From NCBI GenBank assembly GCA_951406725.2, contig OX597818.1, positions 106,578,001 through 106,642,000 on the forward strand: a stretch of DNA of 64,000 bases, given 5' to 3'. The notes beneath the pieces are model-generated. The model ran no database searches. It was given only the letters and a program-made list of their open reading frames with translations, and was not told where the DNA came from. Made by a program: the position numbers and the translations under genes. Each line of letters starts with the position of its first letter. Position 1 is the first letter of the stretch. The stretch comes from Octopus vulgaris (taxonomy: Eukaryota). Below, in pieces: positions 1 to 13,903 of the stretch.

Positions 1-1056
1 TCATTGTTGAGAAAGCTCTATAGTTAGTTAACTTATGAACCGAGGCAACATCCAAATCTTCTTTCATATTTACAAAAGGAACCAGCCCTAAATCTTCAAA
101 TAATATTCACATATCGATTATCAACTTAGGCAAAAAGGTTACAGAGTTTATTGTGGGCCAGGGACCTGTTTATTGGATTGACTTCCGTATTTCACTGGAC
201 TTATTTCATGAAATCTGGAATAGTGAAAAGCAAAGCAGAATACAAAATGCAAAACAGATATCATTAGATAATGTAATGTATGTTTGATGCTCTACCGATT
301 TCTTCTAATCCTCCAATCTTCAAATATTTTAAACAGGATAGCCCCACCCAGGTATAGCCGTGGCTGAACAATCAAAGCCTTTACAGATAAAACTTAGGTG
401 TTATGGGAATGGAAATTTAAGAATCAGATATTCAAATGGTGTTTTGGTAGAATGAAAATCATCCGAATAAAATCGCATTTCAACCATTAACAACTGAAGA
501 GGGATGATGTTAATGATGTAAAGGACAAATAGTATAATGATGAGTCTCATCTGGGATTCATCAATATAGATTCGACCAGAAATTGGAGTGAGGATTGAAT
601 GGTCAAAGAACTGAGATGTCAAATCAATATTTACTATCATCAACAAGAGATGACACAAAGTAAATTGAGAAAATAAGTCTTTAATTTGAAACAGACATTA
701 ATTAGAACAATTTTACAGGAAGTAAACCATTAAATTGAGTTTAACATTGGGAATTAACATTGGGTCATTCATAAAGCTGGATAAAAATTGTCAGAGAATT
801 TGGTTGAGAAGAGAGAGAGACATAGAGAGAGAAAGAGAGGTGGAGGAGACAGGAGGAAAGAGTGTGTGTGCGCTTTGTCAAATATTTATTTCTAACTACA
901 TTTATCGAAATAGCGTTGTGGAAAAATATTTTATCAACACATTTATCAAATTAAGGTGTATATGTGTATGTACTTGTATGTATTTGTGTGTGCATGCATA
1001 CAGGCATACACACACACACATACACATGCATCCCTGCTTATACATACGCAGATGTA

Positions 1057-1215
1057 GGTGCAGGGTGGCTGAATGGTTAAGAAGTTCACTTCAAAACCAT
1101 GAGGTCTTGGGTTCCATTCGACTGTCTGACACCCTGGCCAAATGCTTTTTCTGTAGCCCTGCACTGATCACACCTTGTGAATGTAATTGGGTTGATGGAA
1201 ACTGTATAAAAGCCC
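1057..1215 (+). mobile_element. Degenerate tRNA-headed CORE-like SINE (5' part)
   Basis: Diverged match to the head of the intact copies at 50127/57615 (ggtggctgaatggttaagaagtt...ggttccattcgactg...ccctggccaaatg). Confidence 0.55.
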
Positions 1216-1439
1216 ATCAGGTGGATTTACCTGTTGTCCAAAAGGTAAAGCCTGATCACACACACTGACGGGCTGCTTCGGCATGAGAATTTAGTTAAAG
1301 GTGAACAGAGTTGTAGAATATTCAGCCACTTAGGTGTTAATTTAGCGGCAGGTAACTCAGTGGATTGACCAATAGGGTTCTCATTATAAAACAAGGGAGG
1401 CTCAATAGATCCATCCATCCATCCATCCATGTACGCATG

Positions 1440-1567
1440 TATATCTATCTATCTATCTATCAATCAATCTATATCTATATCTGTCTGTCTATCTATCTAT
1501 CTATCTCTCTACCTGTCTGTCTATCTATCTGTCTGTCTATCTATCTATCTGTCTGTCTCTCTACCTG

Positions 1568-1666
<99 letters not shown>

Positions 1667-1691
1667 GTCTGTCTGTCTGTCTCTCTATCTC

Positions 1692-1726
<35 letters not shown>

Positions 1727-1730
1727 GCCT
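1440..1730. repeat. (ATCT)n/(GTCT)n microsatellite
   Basis: Direct tetranucleotide tandem array. Confidence 0.95.
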
Positions 1731-1837
1731 ACCTATATACACAAGTACTTCTTGAAATGCATATGTATGCCTATAAATCTTCATATGTAAATATGTATGC
1801 ATTACAGCTGCTTTCTTCTCTCACCTACACATTTACA

Positions 1838-1885
<48 letters not shown>

Positions 1886-2907
1886 TGCATATTTTGTTAT
1901 CTCAAGACTCCAATGTCTTTCTCTAATACTTGTTATATATTCCTATTTTGTCATAAATGCTTCCTTTTGACAGAATAAAATGAATGTGGTTCATCCGTAC
2001 TTCGCCACAGACACATCTTTAATGCAGTGTGAGAGTACAAATATCACAATTTCGTTTCCCTCTTACACCATCATCTATTTTTTTTATCTTAACATCATTA
2101 TCACTATCCCGCCTTCTATACATTACTCTCTCCCTCTTTCTTTATGTCTCTCTCTCTCTCTCTCCCTCTAACTCAATGTATGTATATGTACAACTCTTCT
2201 TTCTCTCCCTTCTCCTCTTTATTCTCTACTCCTATCCTCCTACCCTCTTACTCCATCTGTTCTCTTATTTTGCCAGTTCTTGCTCTATCTATTTCTACTT
2301 CTTCTCTTCTCTATTTAGATGCCATATCTTTATAGTTTTTTTGTTTTTCCTCTTTAAACACTTCAATTCTAAACTATTCCCCACCCCGTGGTCCCTATTC
2401 TGCGCTTTCTCCCATAGTTTTTGTCTGTCTGTCTTTCGCTATCTGTCTCTCAGTTTCCGCAGCATGAAACTTGGATTTCGATATTCCTTAATGGGTTTTA
2501 AATTATAGTTAATCGATGTAGAGCAATCATATTTCGCATACTTCTTACATCTTTCTCCTGTCATCCAAATAAACAAATAAAACAATTGCAAGAGACATGG
2601 GCGACAGAAGGAACTGAGGACAAAAACCCCCACCGTCACCACCAGCCCCCACCCGCACCACCACCACCACCACCATTACAACATCAACACCATCAGCTAA
2701 CACCACCACCACCACAACCACCGACTATTTATTATAACAGGAAACAAAGCTAAATGAGAAAATGTTAATGACACACACATTGACTACGTCTCTAGCTCTC
2801 TCCCCTTCTCTGTTTTTTTCTTTGCTTTCTATCACTCTCTTCTTTCTTTTGCTCTCTTTTCATTCACTTATTTTTATGTTTCTCTCTCACTCTCCCTACC
2901 TCACTCA

Positions 2908-2940
<33 letters not shown>

Positions 2941-3647
2941 CTTGTGTTTGTGTATGTGTGTTTGCACATGCATGCAGGAGGCAAGTGCTACGTGTGAGTG
3001 ATTTATGGACAACAAATAATGAACTGATACGAAGAAGAAGAAGAAGAAGCGTAGTCTCCTGCCAAGGGAAGCAATAGACCGGTTTGGTTCTTGGGTTTCA
3101 AATTTGCTCCACAAGATTTTCCATTCTAATCAACGAATTTGAAATACAACCAGCCTGAACAAATATCAGAACATATCAACATCATCATCATCACTCTTAA
3201 ATATCTCACCCCCATCATCATCATCATCATCACTAGGATCAACAACAACAACAACAACAAAAGATGTAGCATTGAAAGGAATTCGAAAATAATGATGACA
3301 GGGCATTATTATAATGACAGGGAACCAGCTCTTGAGATGTATTTATTCAACATTAGATAATGGACTCAGCATGCAGGTTGGGCTGTGTCTTTTATGCTTT
3401 TTTTTTTTTTTGCACTTGCAGACAGAAACAATAGAAGACAAAAACCATTTGATTCCATTGATGTTGCTGGGAAAGAGATCTTATACAACATGAAATGGAG
3501 AATCTACTGAAGCTGTTTACAGCTTTAGTGGAAATTCTTAGTGCAGTTTGTGGAAACACATTGGTTGAAGGTACTTTAAAACAGAAGAAACCTTGAATGA
3601 TGTTCCAGGAAGACAACACCGGGGACAGTTTTGTTGTCAGAGGAAGG

Positions 3648-3737
3648 AAATAAGTCCCGGGGTCGATTTGCTCGATTAAAGGCGGTGCTCCAGCATGGCC
3701 GCAGTCAAATGACTGAAACAAGTAAAAGAGTAAAAGA
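3648..3737 (+). mobile_element. SINE 3' tail fragment (CR1-type tail)
   Basis: gaataagtcccggggtcgatttgctcgattaaaggcggtgctccagcatggccgcagtcaaatgactgaaac, near-identical to the tail of the 50777 copy. Confidence 0.85.
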
Positions 3738-3864
3738 GTATATATATATATATGTAAATATATATATATATATATATATGTGTATATATATATATATAAA
3801 TATGTGTGTATATATATAAATATGTGTGTATATATATAAATATGTGTGTATATATATATGTGTG

Positions 3865-3907
<43 letters not shown>

Positions 3908-4094
3908 GTATATATATTTGTATATATATATATATATATGCATATGTGTATATATATGTATATATCTATGTATGTATGTATGTATGTGTGTGTATTAATA
4001 TATATATATGTATGTATATCATTAGCCACTAAACCTTTTTTTATTCTCTCTCTGTATATTTCCACGTGTTTCTCTCTGTTGAGGAAACGTAAAA

Positions 4095-4128
<34 letters not shown>

Positions 4129-4300
4129 TACATACATACACACACACACACACATATATATATGTATACAAATATATATACATATATATACATATATATA
4201 TATATATTTATATATATAGCATGGAGAACGGACGTTAAACGATGATGATATATATATATATAGAGAGAGAGATAGATACATACATACATATACACACTAT

Positions 4301-4368
<68 letters not shown>

Positions 4369-4427
4369 GATAGATAGATACATAAATACATACACGTATT
4401 TATATATATATATAGACATACATTTTG

Positions 4428-4620
4428 TAAATCCCAAAAAAGAACAAACACAGCAAAACAACAGCGCGAGGATGCGGTACACGTAATGTATTTGCAGATG
4501 CTCAGGAAAGGAAAGAAAGATGGTTTAACATTTCAAGCACATGCTCTTTTTGGGAAACACAGGAAAGTAAAAAAGGAGGGAAGACACAGGGAGAAAATTG
4601 CCAACGATTCCCATTTTGAA
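4428..4620 (-). mobile_element. Degenerate copy of HHR-bearing short repeat family A
   Basis: Aligns by eye to the copies at 7512 and 40377. Decayed hammerhead-like motif at 4523-4558. Confidence 0.6.
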
Positions 4621-5774
4621 ATGACCAGAAGAGAATGGATGAAGGAAAAGTTCTTTTGAAGACAGGAGAGTGTAAGAGAAAGAGGTATGTGTATGTGTGC
4701 GTGCACAGGTCTGTGTGAATGTATGTGTGTGTGTAATAATATTTATATATGTCTATACCTATACATATATGTATATATAATCACAACACATAAATACACT
4801 GCAAAACAATTTCTGTTCCTCAACAGCCCTTGCCCTATTTAACATTGTCCTGAAACAGATCAAAGAGGAAAAGGACCCCATTACCTTTAAACGGAATCTG
4901 GACAAAATCCTTCAGGGAATATCAGACAAGGCACCTATACCTTCATTAGAATTTCAACATCAGTATGTGTGTATGTATGTATATACGTAAACATGCATGC
5001 ATGTATGTATGTATGTATGCTTGCACGTATGTATGTATGTATGTGTGCAGATTTGCATGTCTTGTTTTATGTATGTCTTTTCATGCATATACTTGTATAT
5101 CTAGACATATATGTATGAATATATGTATATGCATGTGTTTGTGTATGTGCACATATATTTGCATACGCATGCATATGGCATGTTTGTATGAGTACACTCA
5201 CAAACACACATATACATAAATATACGTTTATATATTCCACAAATACAAAATAGGACAAACATTTATATAATGGCTTTAACATTCAGGGGAGAAAGATACA
5301 GTCACATAGTTACACACAAATATATATACTTCACAAGTATACACTCACCATAAACTTTCTATTCAAATGAGAACACTTGAATCAACACAAAAATATACTA
5401 AGAATTAATGAAACAATCTTCATTTACTTGCTGCATTAATTAATTTCGAATTCTGTTAATGCTCTACAGGCAGTTTGCAAGACATTCAAATATTATATGG
5501 GAGAACACCAAACACTCGCTCTCACATGGTGACAATTGCAGCTAATGTGCATAGTATTGCAGTTAATATGCATTTTAGTGAGTCAGCAGAATTTAAATAT
5601 GCTGCATTGTAATTTCGTTGTCAATTTCAAAATTCAATATGCTGTTTGGACACAAAGATCATAGACTTTTTGTTCAACTATTGGAGTCCATATACATTTA
5701 TCTGTCTCTCCATCACTCTGTGTGAGTGTGTATATCTGTCTGTCTGTCGATCTATCTAACTATCTATCTTTCTT

Positions 5775-5777
<3 letters not shown>

Positions 5778-5812
<35 letters not shown>

Positions 5813-6432
5813 TACATATATATATGTACATACATATTTATACATATATATACATACATATTTATACATATATATATATATGTACATACATATTCATACA
5901 TATATATATATACATATACATACATATATATATACATATATATATACACATACATACATATATATATATACATACATACATATATATATACATACATACA
6001 TATACATACATATACATACATACATATACATACATACATATATATACATACATACATATACATACATACATATATATACATACATATACATATACATACA
6101 ATATATACATATATATATACATATATATATACATACATATACATATACATACATATACATATACATACATATATATATACATACATATATATATACATAT
6201 ATATATACATACATATATATATACATATATATATACATACATATATATATACATACATATATATATACATACATATATATATACATACATATATATATAC
6301 AAACATATATATATACATACATATATATATACATATATATATACACATATATATATACATACATACATATATATATACATATATATATACATATATATAT
6401 ACATATATATATATACATATATATATACATAC

Positions 6433-6475
<43 letters not shown>

Positions 6476-6957
6476 CATATATATATATACATATATATAT
6501 ACATACATATATATATATACATATATATATATACATACATATAGATATATACATATATATATATACATATATATATACATACATATATATATATACATGG
6601 CGTTAGGAAGGACATCCAGCTGTAGAAACACTGCCAGATCTGACTGGCCTGGTGCAGCCTCGGCTCCCCAGACCCCAGTTGAACCGTCCAACCCATGCTA
6701 GCATGGAAAGCGGACGTTAAATGATGATGATGATGATGATGATATATATACATATATATATACATACATATATATATATACATATATATATATACATATA
6801 TATATACATACATATATATATATATACATATACATATATATATACATACATATATATATATATACATATATATATACATACATATATATATACATACATA
6901 TATATATATATACATATATATATATACATACATATATATATACATACATATATATAT

Positions 6958-7044
<87 letters not shown>

Positions 7045-7229
7045 CATATATATATACATACATACATATATACATATATATACACACATATATACATATA
7101 TATACACACATATATATATACATACATATATATACATATATATACACACATATATACATATATATACACACATATATATATACATACATATATATATATA
7201 CATATATACATATATATACGTATATACAT

Positions 7230-7260
<31 letters not shown>

Positions 7261-7395
7261 CATACATATACATACATACATACATACATATATATACATA
7301 CATACATACATATATACATACATACATATACATACATACATACATATACATACATATATATACATACATACATACATATATATACATACATATAC

Positions 7396-7434
<39 letters not shown>

Positions 7435-7511
7435 CACATACATACATGCACATACATACATGCACACACACACACACACACACATATATGTATAAATATA
7501 TATATATATAT
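5778..7511. repeat. Compound (TA)n/(TACA)n microsatellite interrupted by a SINE tail
   Basis: Direct observation. Confidence 0.95.
6598..6742 (+). mobile_element. SINE 3' segment ending in (GAT)n
   Basis: ggcgttaggaaggacatccagctgtagaaacactgccagatc...ccatgctagcatggaaagcggacgttaaatgatgatg. Recurs at 7755, 30745, 33915, 40865(-) and 46300. Confidence 0.85.
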
Positions 7512-7725
7512 AGTTAATCCAAACATGAAAGCAGAAAAAAAACACAACAACACGAGGACATGGAACAAGTATAGTGTTATTGGGCGCTCAGGAAAGAAGG
7601 AAAGAAGGAGGGTTTAACGTTTCGAGCGGAGCTCTTTGTTGGAAACATAGGAGAAGGAAAGATCCCGAGAAGGGAAGACAGAGTAAAAAAAAAATCGCCA
7701 ATGGTACACACACGGTCACATTTTA
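7512..7725 (-). mobile_element. HHR-bearing short repeat family A (Penelope-like terminal-repeat type)
   Basis: Minus strand 7646-7612 reads GTTT-CCAACAA-A-GAGC-TCC-GCTC-GAAA-CG-TT-AAAC (CpG-decayed core). Ends in (TA)n. Near-identical to 40377-40560. Confidence 0.7.
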
Positions 7726-7754
7726 TATATATACAGAAACACATATATATACTG

Positions 7755-8013
7755 GTGGCATGTAAAAGCATCATTTGAGCAAGTCGATGCCAGTACCACC
7801 TGACTAGCTCCTGTGCTATCAGCACATAAAAAACATGCACTACACTCTCGGAGTGGTTGGCATTAGGAAGGGCATCCAGCTGTAGAAAACTTGCCAGATC
7901 AGATTGGAGCCTGGTGCAGCCTTCTGGCTTGCCAGTCCCCAGTCAAACCATCCAACCCATGCCAGTATGGAAAGAGAATGCTAAACGATGATGCTGCTGC
8001 TGCTGCTGATGAT
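7755..8013 (+). mobile_element. (GAT)n-tailed SINE body and tail
   Basis: Same family as 6598 and 33915. Confidence 0.8.
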
Positions 8014-8053
8014 GATATATATTTGCATACGTTACATAATATGTATAATATAT

Positions 8054-8281
8054 AGGATTGTGAGCTGGCAAAAACGGTAGCATGCTGGGCGAAATGCGTA
8101 GCCGTATTTCGTCTGCCGTTATGTTCTGAGTTCAAATTCCGCCGAGATCGACTTTGCCTTTCATCCTTTTGGGGTCGATAAATTAAGTACCAGTTACGCA
8201 CTGGGGTCGATGTAATCGACTTAATCCATTTGTCTGTCCTTGTTTGTCCTGTGTTTAGCCCTTGTGGGTAGTAAAGAAATA
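8054..8281 (+). mobile_element. tRNA-derived SINE with Meta/MESC-like central domain
   Basis: B-box gagttcaaattcc and central gactttgcctttcatccttttggggtcgataaattaagtaccag. Copies at 15665, 22088, 30600 and 46573. Domain name is from recall, not a search. Confidence 0.8.
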
Positions 8282-8804
8282 AATATGTATATTATATAGA
8301 AGTGCATATGCCTTTGCATGTATTATATATGCATGATATATATTTAAGTATACAATACTCACTCACACACACACAAATACATAAATATATAGATAGATAT
8401 GTGTGTATTATATTCTATACATGTACAAACACATTACATATCTAACATATATATACTGGATCTTAAGAACCTTCTGGTCCAGAGAACAAGGTGCCACCAT
8501 TAGACTTTCCTCCTCTTTTGTACAGCCACACCTCGAATACTGAATGTCATAGGAAAGAATGGCAAGAGAGATTCTTCAAGCTGAGCAGGAAGGTAGAACC
8601 AAAATGGAAAGGATAATATCTATAGTCTTAGATGGCTATACTTAGGAAGCTGGGAGGAAAGTCAAATAATGAGTGCTTCTGATAGGACTTAATGGAGGAG
8701 GTGCCTGAGGAGGCTCCAGCCATGACCCACCCACGAATAGTGGGTGGAGAAAATGAAGGGATCGATATATCGATCTATTTAGATGTAATGATCATTGTTG
8801 CCAT

Positions 8805-9045
8805 CATCATTTCACATCCACTTTTGCATGCTTGTTTGGAGTCAGATGAATTTGTAGCGGCAGATCTTCTATGGCTGGACGCCCTTCCTATTGGCAACCC
8901 TCATCTGTTTTCAAGTAAGGTAATATTTCTTTCTCTCATAGCCAGAGACATGTTTTCCATGGAAGACTGGGTACAAACATCCTCACTTGTATGAGGATCA
9001 TGGTGTTCATTTACAATTATCACATGATGTCTAAATAAGGGTATG
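8805..9045 (-). mobile_element. SINE body and tail related to the (GAT)n-tailed family
   Basis: ggctggacgcccttcct...caagtaaggtaatatttc...agacatgttttccatggaag. Related segments at 14685, 26330 and 31690(+). Confidence 0.65.
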
Positions 9046-9972
9046 CACAACACACACAATATATATATATTTATATATATCATATATATATCATACAGAG
9101 GTATATAATTGATTGAGAACAGAGTTAGGTTTGACAAAATGCAATTTGGCTTAGTAGGTAACTGAGTTTATTCATAGCAAGTCAAGGAGATGCTGTTAGT
9201 CTTCAGTCGGGTGATTTTTCCCGTTGAGCATATGTAATAACCAGTTCCATTTCAAGGAAGTAACACTAAATTTTTTGATAAAAAAAAAGTGAAGAGACCG
9301 CTATAACAGACGATAGTGATCGCTATAACAGCCGATAGTGATGATGAAGCTGACATAAGCCGACAAGACATACTTTGTCAAACCGATTTGGCTCACAAAA
9401 ATGCTTGTTTTCCCCAGCTAAAACCTGAATTTAACAAAGTTTTAAATAAGGTAGGAAAAATTTCAAAACTTTTCCGTAAATCTCCTACAAAAAATGAAAT
9501 TTTGCAAGATTTTGTACGAGCGAACTTTTAAACAGAGAATATAAACTTATACTGGATTGCAGAACTCAGTGGAATGGCACATTCCATATGACTGAGAGAT
9601 TTTTGAAATTGAAAAGCTGCATTCCAAATGATCTACGAGCAGAATTCCCACATTTGCCGTCACTGACGAAGAATGGAAATCTCTCAATTTACTATATGAA
9701 ATTCTGCATTCAGTAGAAATTATTTTGAAGGCTATTTGCACTGATAATACGGGTTTACTGAAAGCGGAATATTCTATAGAATTTTTATTGAATAAACTTA
9801 ATATCGTCGGCAACCCTTTGGCTCTAAATCTTCGTGAAAGACTTATGCATAGATATAATAAGAGAAGAAATGTTGAAACCTTGACTCTCTTGAGGTATTT
9901 ACATAACCCAAGGAAATTTAAAGGTGAGTCAATTTCTGGACCTTTTCTATTTTTTAACGAAACAACATTTAA

Positions 9973-10193
9973 CCCTTTGCTGTTCACATTATTCTGCCAA
10001 AATTAATGCTTTTTTATCCACATTGTTTTGAATTAATCATGCATTATCTTGTAGCTATGAGATTTTGATGAGGTAGCTGTTAATTTTTAAAACGATATTG
10101 TAGGGTTGCTGTGAGAGACCAGATCTGGCCAGTTTGAACATAAAACAGGCAGAATACTTTTGGCCGGATATGGCCGGTTTAAATGCTAAAGGA
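9973..10193. mobile_element. piggyBac-type MITE
   Basis: TTAA at 9969-9972 and 10194-10197 flanks imperfect TIRs ccctttgc / gctaaagga. Interrupts the hAT reading frame. Confidence 0.75.
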
Positions 10194-10428
10194 TTAAGGA
10201 AGTATGCTGAACAAACATATAGGAGATTATTTCCTGAACATGATGCTGAGAACACAACAGAATTATACAAAGAAAATGAAATAGGAGGGAACCTAAAAAC
10301 AAGTGTTACTGTTGACCCATCTACTTATGAAGGTAATGGACTCATTCATGAATATACAAGCACAATGAAGAAAATGAATGAAGAGCCCAAGATGGTAACA
10401 GATGGATTTGAAATCTCTAAAGAATTCA

Positions 10429-10692
10429 GGTACTATTTAAGAAGAGTGATCCCGGTGCGCGCACTCGTGTACTCGTGCATCCGCACTAGCTAGTCGTGAC
10501 TAGTCGATTCTACAACGACTAACTAGCAAAGTAAATAAAACACAAAATAAATAATTTTTTTACACAAAGTAAATGATTTTTTAAAAACAAAGTAAATAAA
10601 ACACAAAACCACAAGTAAGGATCGACTAGTCACGACTAGCTAGCGCAGATGCGCGAGTGCATGCACCGGGACCACTCTTCTTAAGTAGTACC
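10429..10692. mobile_element. Long-TIR foldback/MITE-like element
   Basis: Imperfect inverted arms of about 70-80 bp (ggtactatttaagaagagtgatcccggtgc...gactagtcgat / atcgactagtc...gcaccgggaccactcttcttaagtagtacc) around an A-rich spacer. Confidence 0.75.
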
Positions 10693-10762
10693 CGCGAAAA
10701 CCGGTTTTGAGAATTACCTATACTTGAACTCGGTTTTGGGAATTATCGGTTTTTTGCGAGCC

Positions 10763-10811
<49 letters not shown>

Positions 10812-10837
10812 CTATATATATATACACATGTATATAT

Positions 10838-10910
10838 GGGCATATGGCATAGTAGTTAAGATTGCAGGCTACTAAGCCCAAGATTCCGAGTTTGATTTCA
10901 AGCAGTGACT

Positions 10911-10956
<46 letters not shown>

Positions 10957-11103
10957 CAACATCGGAAAAATACCTTAAGAATGAGAACCCAAGCTAGAAA
11001 TTTTCCCTATACACTTGATGAAGGTTGGAGAGTATATCAGCCGAAATGTTGCGTTAACAACAAACAAGATGAGGACAAATATCTGTTAAATGTAAATAAT
11101 GTA
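10838..11103 (+). mobile_element. tRNA-headed SINE-like element with internal (TAA)n and a hammerhead-like 3' module
   Basis: A-box-like tggcatagtag (10845) and B-box-like gtttgatttc (10890). HHR-like motif at 11011-11054. Confidence 0.6.
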
Positions 11104-11119
11104 TGTATGTGTATATGTT

Positions 11120-11325
11120 AGTGTGTCTGTGTTTGTCTACCCAACATCACTTGACAACCGATGCTGGTGTGTTTACATCCCGTAACTTAGCAGTTTGGCA
11201 AAAGTGGCCAATAGAATAAGTACTAGGCTTACAACGAATAAATCGTGGAGTCGATTTGCTCAACTAATTGCGGCGCTCCAGCATGGCCGCAGTCAAGTGA
11301 GTGAAACAAATAAAAGAATAAAAGA
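11120..11325 (+). mobile_element. CORE-like SINE 3' half
   Basis: gtttgtc...ttgacaaccgatgctggtgtgttta...ccagcatggccgcagtc, matching 50320-50520. Confidence 0.8.
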
Positions 11326-11374
11326 ACATATATATACATATGCATATACATATATACATATACATATATGTGAC

Positions 11375-11520
11375 AAGCTTTCTCTACCAATTCTTCTGGA
11401 AAGCCTTTGACCAGCCTGAAGCTATAGTAAAAGAGTTACCTGAGGCACCACACAGTGGGATTGAACCTGAGACCACATGGCTGGAAAACAAACTTAACTA
11501 CACAGCCATGCCTGCACCTG
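11375..11520 (-). mobile_element. Degenerate CORE-like SINE head
   Basis: Reverse complement resembles the 50127 head. Confidence 0.6.
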
Positions 11521-12177
11521 ATTATATAATCTGTTTGGAATTATTAAATTTTTGTTTCTAAATGTCTATTTATTTATCTTAATATCTCAGAAACTACCAT
11601 TGGTAAGTATTCATTTAGCAAGCTTGTGAGCACTTTATCAAGTTATCTCTGAAACAATATCTCTAACTCGCTAAACCATCCCCAAGCTGCTTTATCCAGC
11701 CAAGTATTGATGGAGTGATAGCAAAACACCTACCTTACCTGACAAACTTTCAGTTTAGCTACCAAACTGCCTTCCCACTTAACTGTTTCTCCATCCGATC
11801 TCTCTATTTATCTCACCTTTAACCCATCTGTTTACCTATTTATGTATCAACTTACCTCTGTAAGAATCTAGACAGGTAAGTGGATGGTAGGGTGTGAGAT
11901 AAGGGTGGTAGTGGTGGTGGTGGTGGTGGTTGCTGTAGCATCCTTCTTTACCCAACAATCCCACCTGCTCTGTTATGAAATAATTGTGAGGAGAGAGAGA
12001 GAGAGAGAGAGAAAGAGGGAGAGAGAGGGAGAGAGAGAGAGAAATGTTGATTCTGAATGTGTGAAGCTTAGATAGAATGAGAGGAGGAAAGGGACAAAGA
12101 GAATGAGATACAAAAGTGGTGTGCGCACGTAGGGCATGTGTGTGTGTTGTGAAAGTGAATGAGTGAGTATACATATG

Positions 12178-12215
<38 letters not shown>

Positions 12216-12232
12216 GTGTGTGTGTGTGTATA

Positions 12233-12269
<37 letters not shown>

Positions 12270-13665
12270 CTTGGTGACAATGAATAGCGAATCATGAGCT
12301 TGTGTGTGTGTGTGTTTGTCTAAACAATAGCAATTAGTTGTGCTGAAAGGTATTTGATAAGCCAGCTGTGTAGACCAGATGAGAAATTGGTATTTCAGAA
12401 TAAAGCATGATTATTGTGATGTCGGTTGGTGTTAGTGGTGTTGGTGGTAATAAGGCTAACCACTATGGTGGTAGTTGAGATGCTATTGATATTGATGGTA
12501 AAATGGGTAGATGTGATGAGGTGTTGTAGTGTTCTGGAGGTTATACGGATGATGTTCTTACACAATAACAGCAACAAAGGAGCTTTTGGAAACAGTGTGG
12601 TTGCTGTGGTGGCGGCGGCGGTGGTGGTGGTGGTGGTGGAGAGTTGGAGTAGATGAATGCAATACATTGTAAGTTTACAGTTTAGAATAATAGAAGTGGA
12701 CAAGTGGCAAGAGAGACAGTTGGAGATTAGAGAGGAATAAGAAGCGAAACAAAGAACATAACAAACATAAACAAATCCTCACCACCATCACCATCACCAC
12801 TATCAACAGCAGCAGTTGCAGCAGCAGCAGTAGCAGCTGAGAGAATACTAGCAATGTTGCAGCTATTGATGTGACAATTCTGCCTGAGTAGAAATGGCAG
12901 CCAGGAATTTGGAGACTCGTTAAGAGAGAGTGGTGGTGGTGGCGGTGGTGGTAAGGAAGGGGGGGGTCTGGCTAAGGTAGAAGTTGGGGAAGGTGGTGGC
13001 GGTGGTGCTGCAAGCCTGGTAATATGGTGATGTTGATAGCCCAGACACTGACTGAGAACACACACACACACAATTGTGGTAGCAATGGCAAAAGAACCAC
13101 GGCTAATGACGATGATGATGGTGGCAATGGTGAAGGAAGCGGCTGATTATAATGATGATAGCAGTGGAGGTGAGATGACGAAACTAACTGGTGATGAGGA
13201 TGCTGGTGGTGCAAGTGACTGCAATGATGGTGACAATGTTTGCAGCGATGATGGTGGAGGTAATTACAGTGGTGGTGGTGGTGGTGGGGAGTGGGATGAG
13301 AAGGTGATGATGAGAAGATGATGAAATATATCAAGAAAACACAAAGTTGACGATGATGATAATAATAGAAAGTGCCAATATTAGAAGCAAAGTACGTGAC
13401 TGGAAGATGGAAGAAAGAAGAGCCGTGTAGCAGGGTGGGGGAGGAAGGTATCATCATCATCATCATCATCATCATCATAACTGCCATCGTTAATGTTATG
13501 GTTGTAGTGGGAATAAGTGTTGACAGTTGATAGGAGTAAAATAATTAACCCTTAACTTGGTCATATACACACATTGTGTGTGTGTGTGTGTGTGTGTTTC
13601 AGTAAGATAAGAAGATACAGGAGCTATATGACTGGTGTAGGTGTGTGTTCTGAGCGTGAAAAGGG

Positions 13666-13748
<83 letters not shown>

Positions 13749-13750
<2 letters not shown>

Positions 13751-13832
13751 TTAATCCAAACATGAAAACACAAAGAGAAAACACAACAACGCGTGGACGT
13801 GGAACAAGTATAGTGTTATTGGACGCTCAGGA
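13749..13832 (-). mobile_element. Truncated family A tail (HHR absent)
   Basis: agttaatccaaacatgaaaac...tggacgctcagga matches 7512-7592. Confidence 0.75.
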
Positions 13833-13843
13833 CAGAAGAAGAG

Positions 13844-13903
<60 letters not shown>

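Larger units (their letters stand above)
9300..10765 (+). mobile_element. Degenerate hAT-superfamily DNA transposon with nested insertions
   Basis: Frameshifted transposase remnants: KISKLFRKSPTKNEILQ, KLILDCRTQWNGTFHMTERFLKLK at 9543 (hAT DxxTRWNS-like motif) and YRRLFP. Right end ...gagcccta (TAGGG-type TIR) with subterminal cggtttt repeats. Confidence 0.75.

Noticed and set aside
4021-4097. ctgttgag-gaaacgtaaaagac hammerhead-like remnant
   Set aside because: Family B copy with stem II deleted, so it cannot form the fold.
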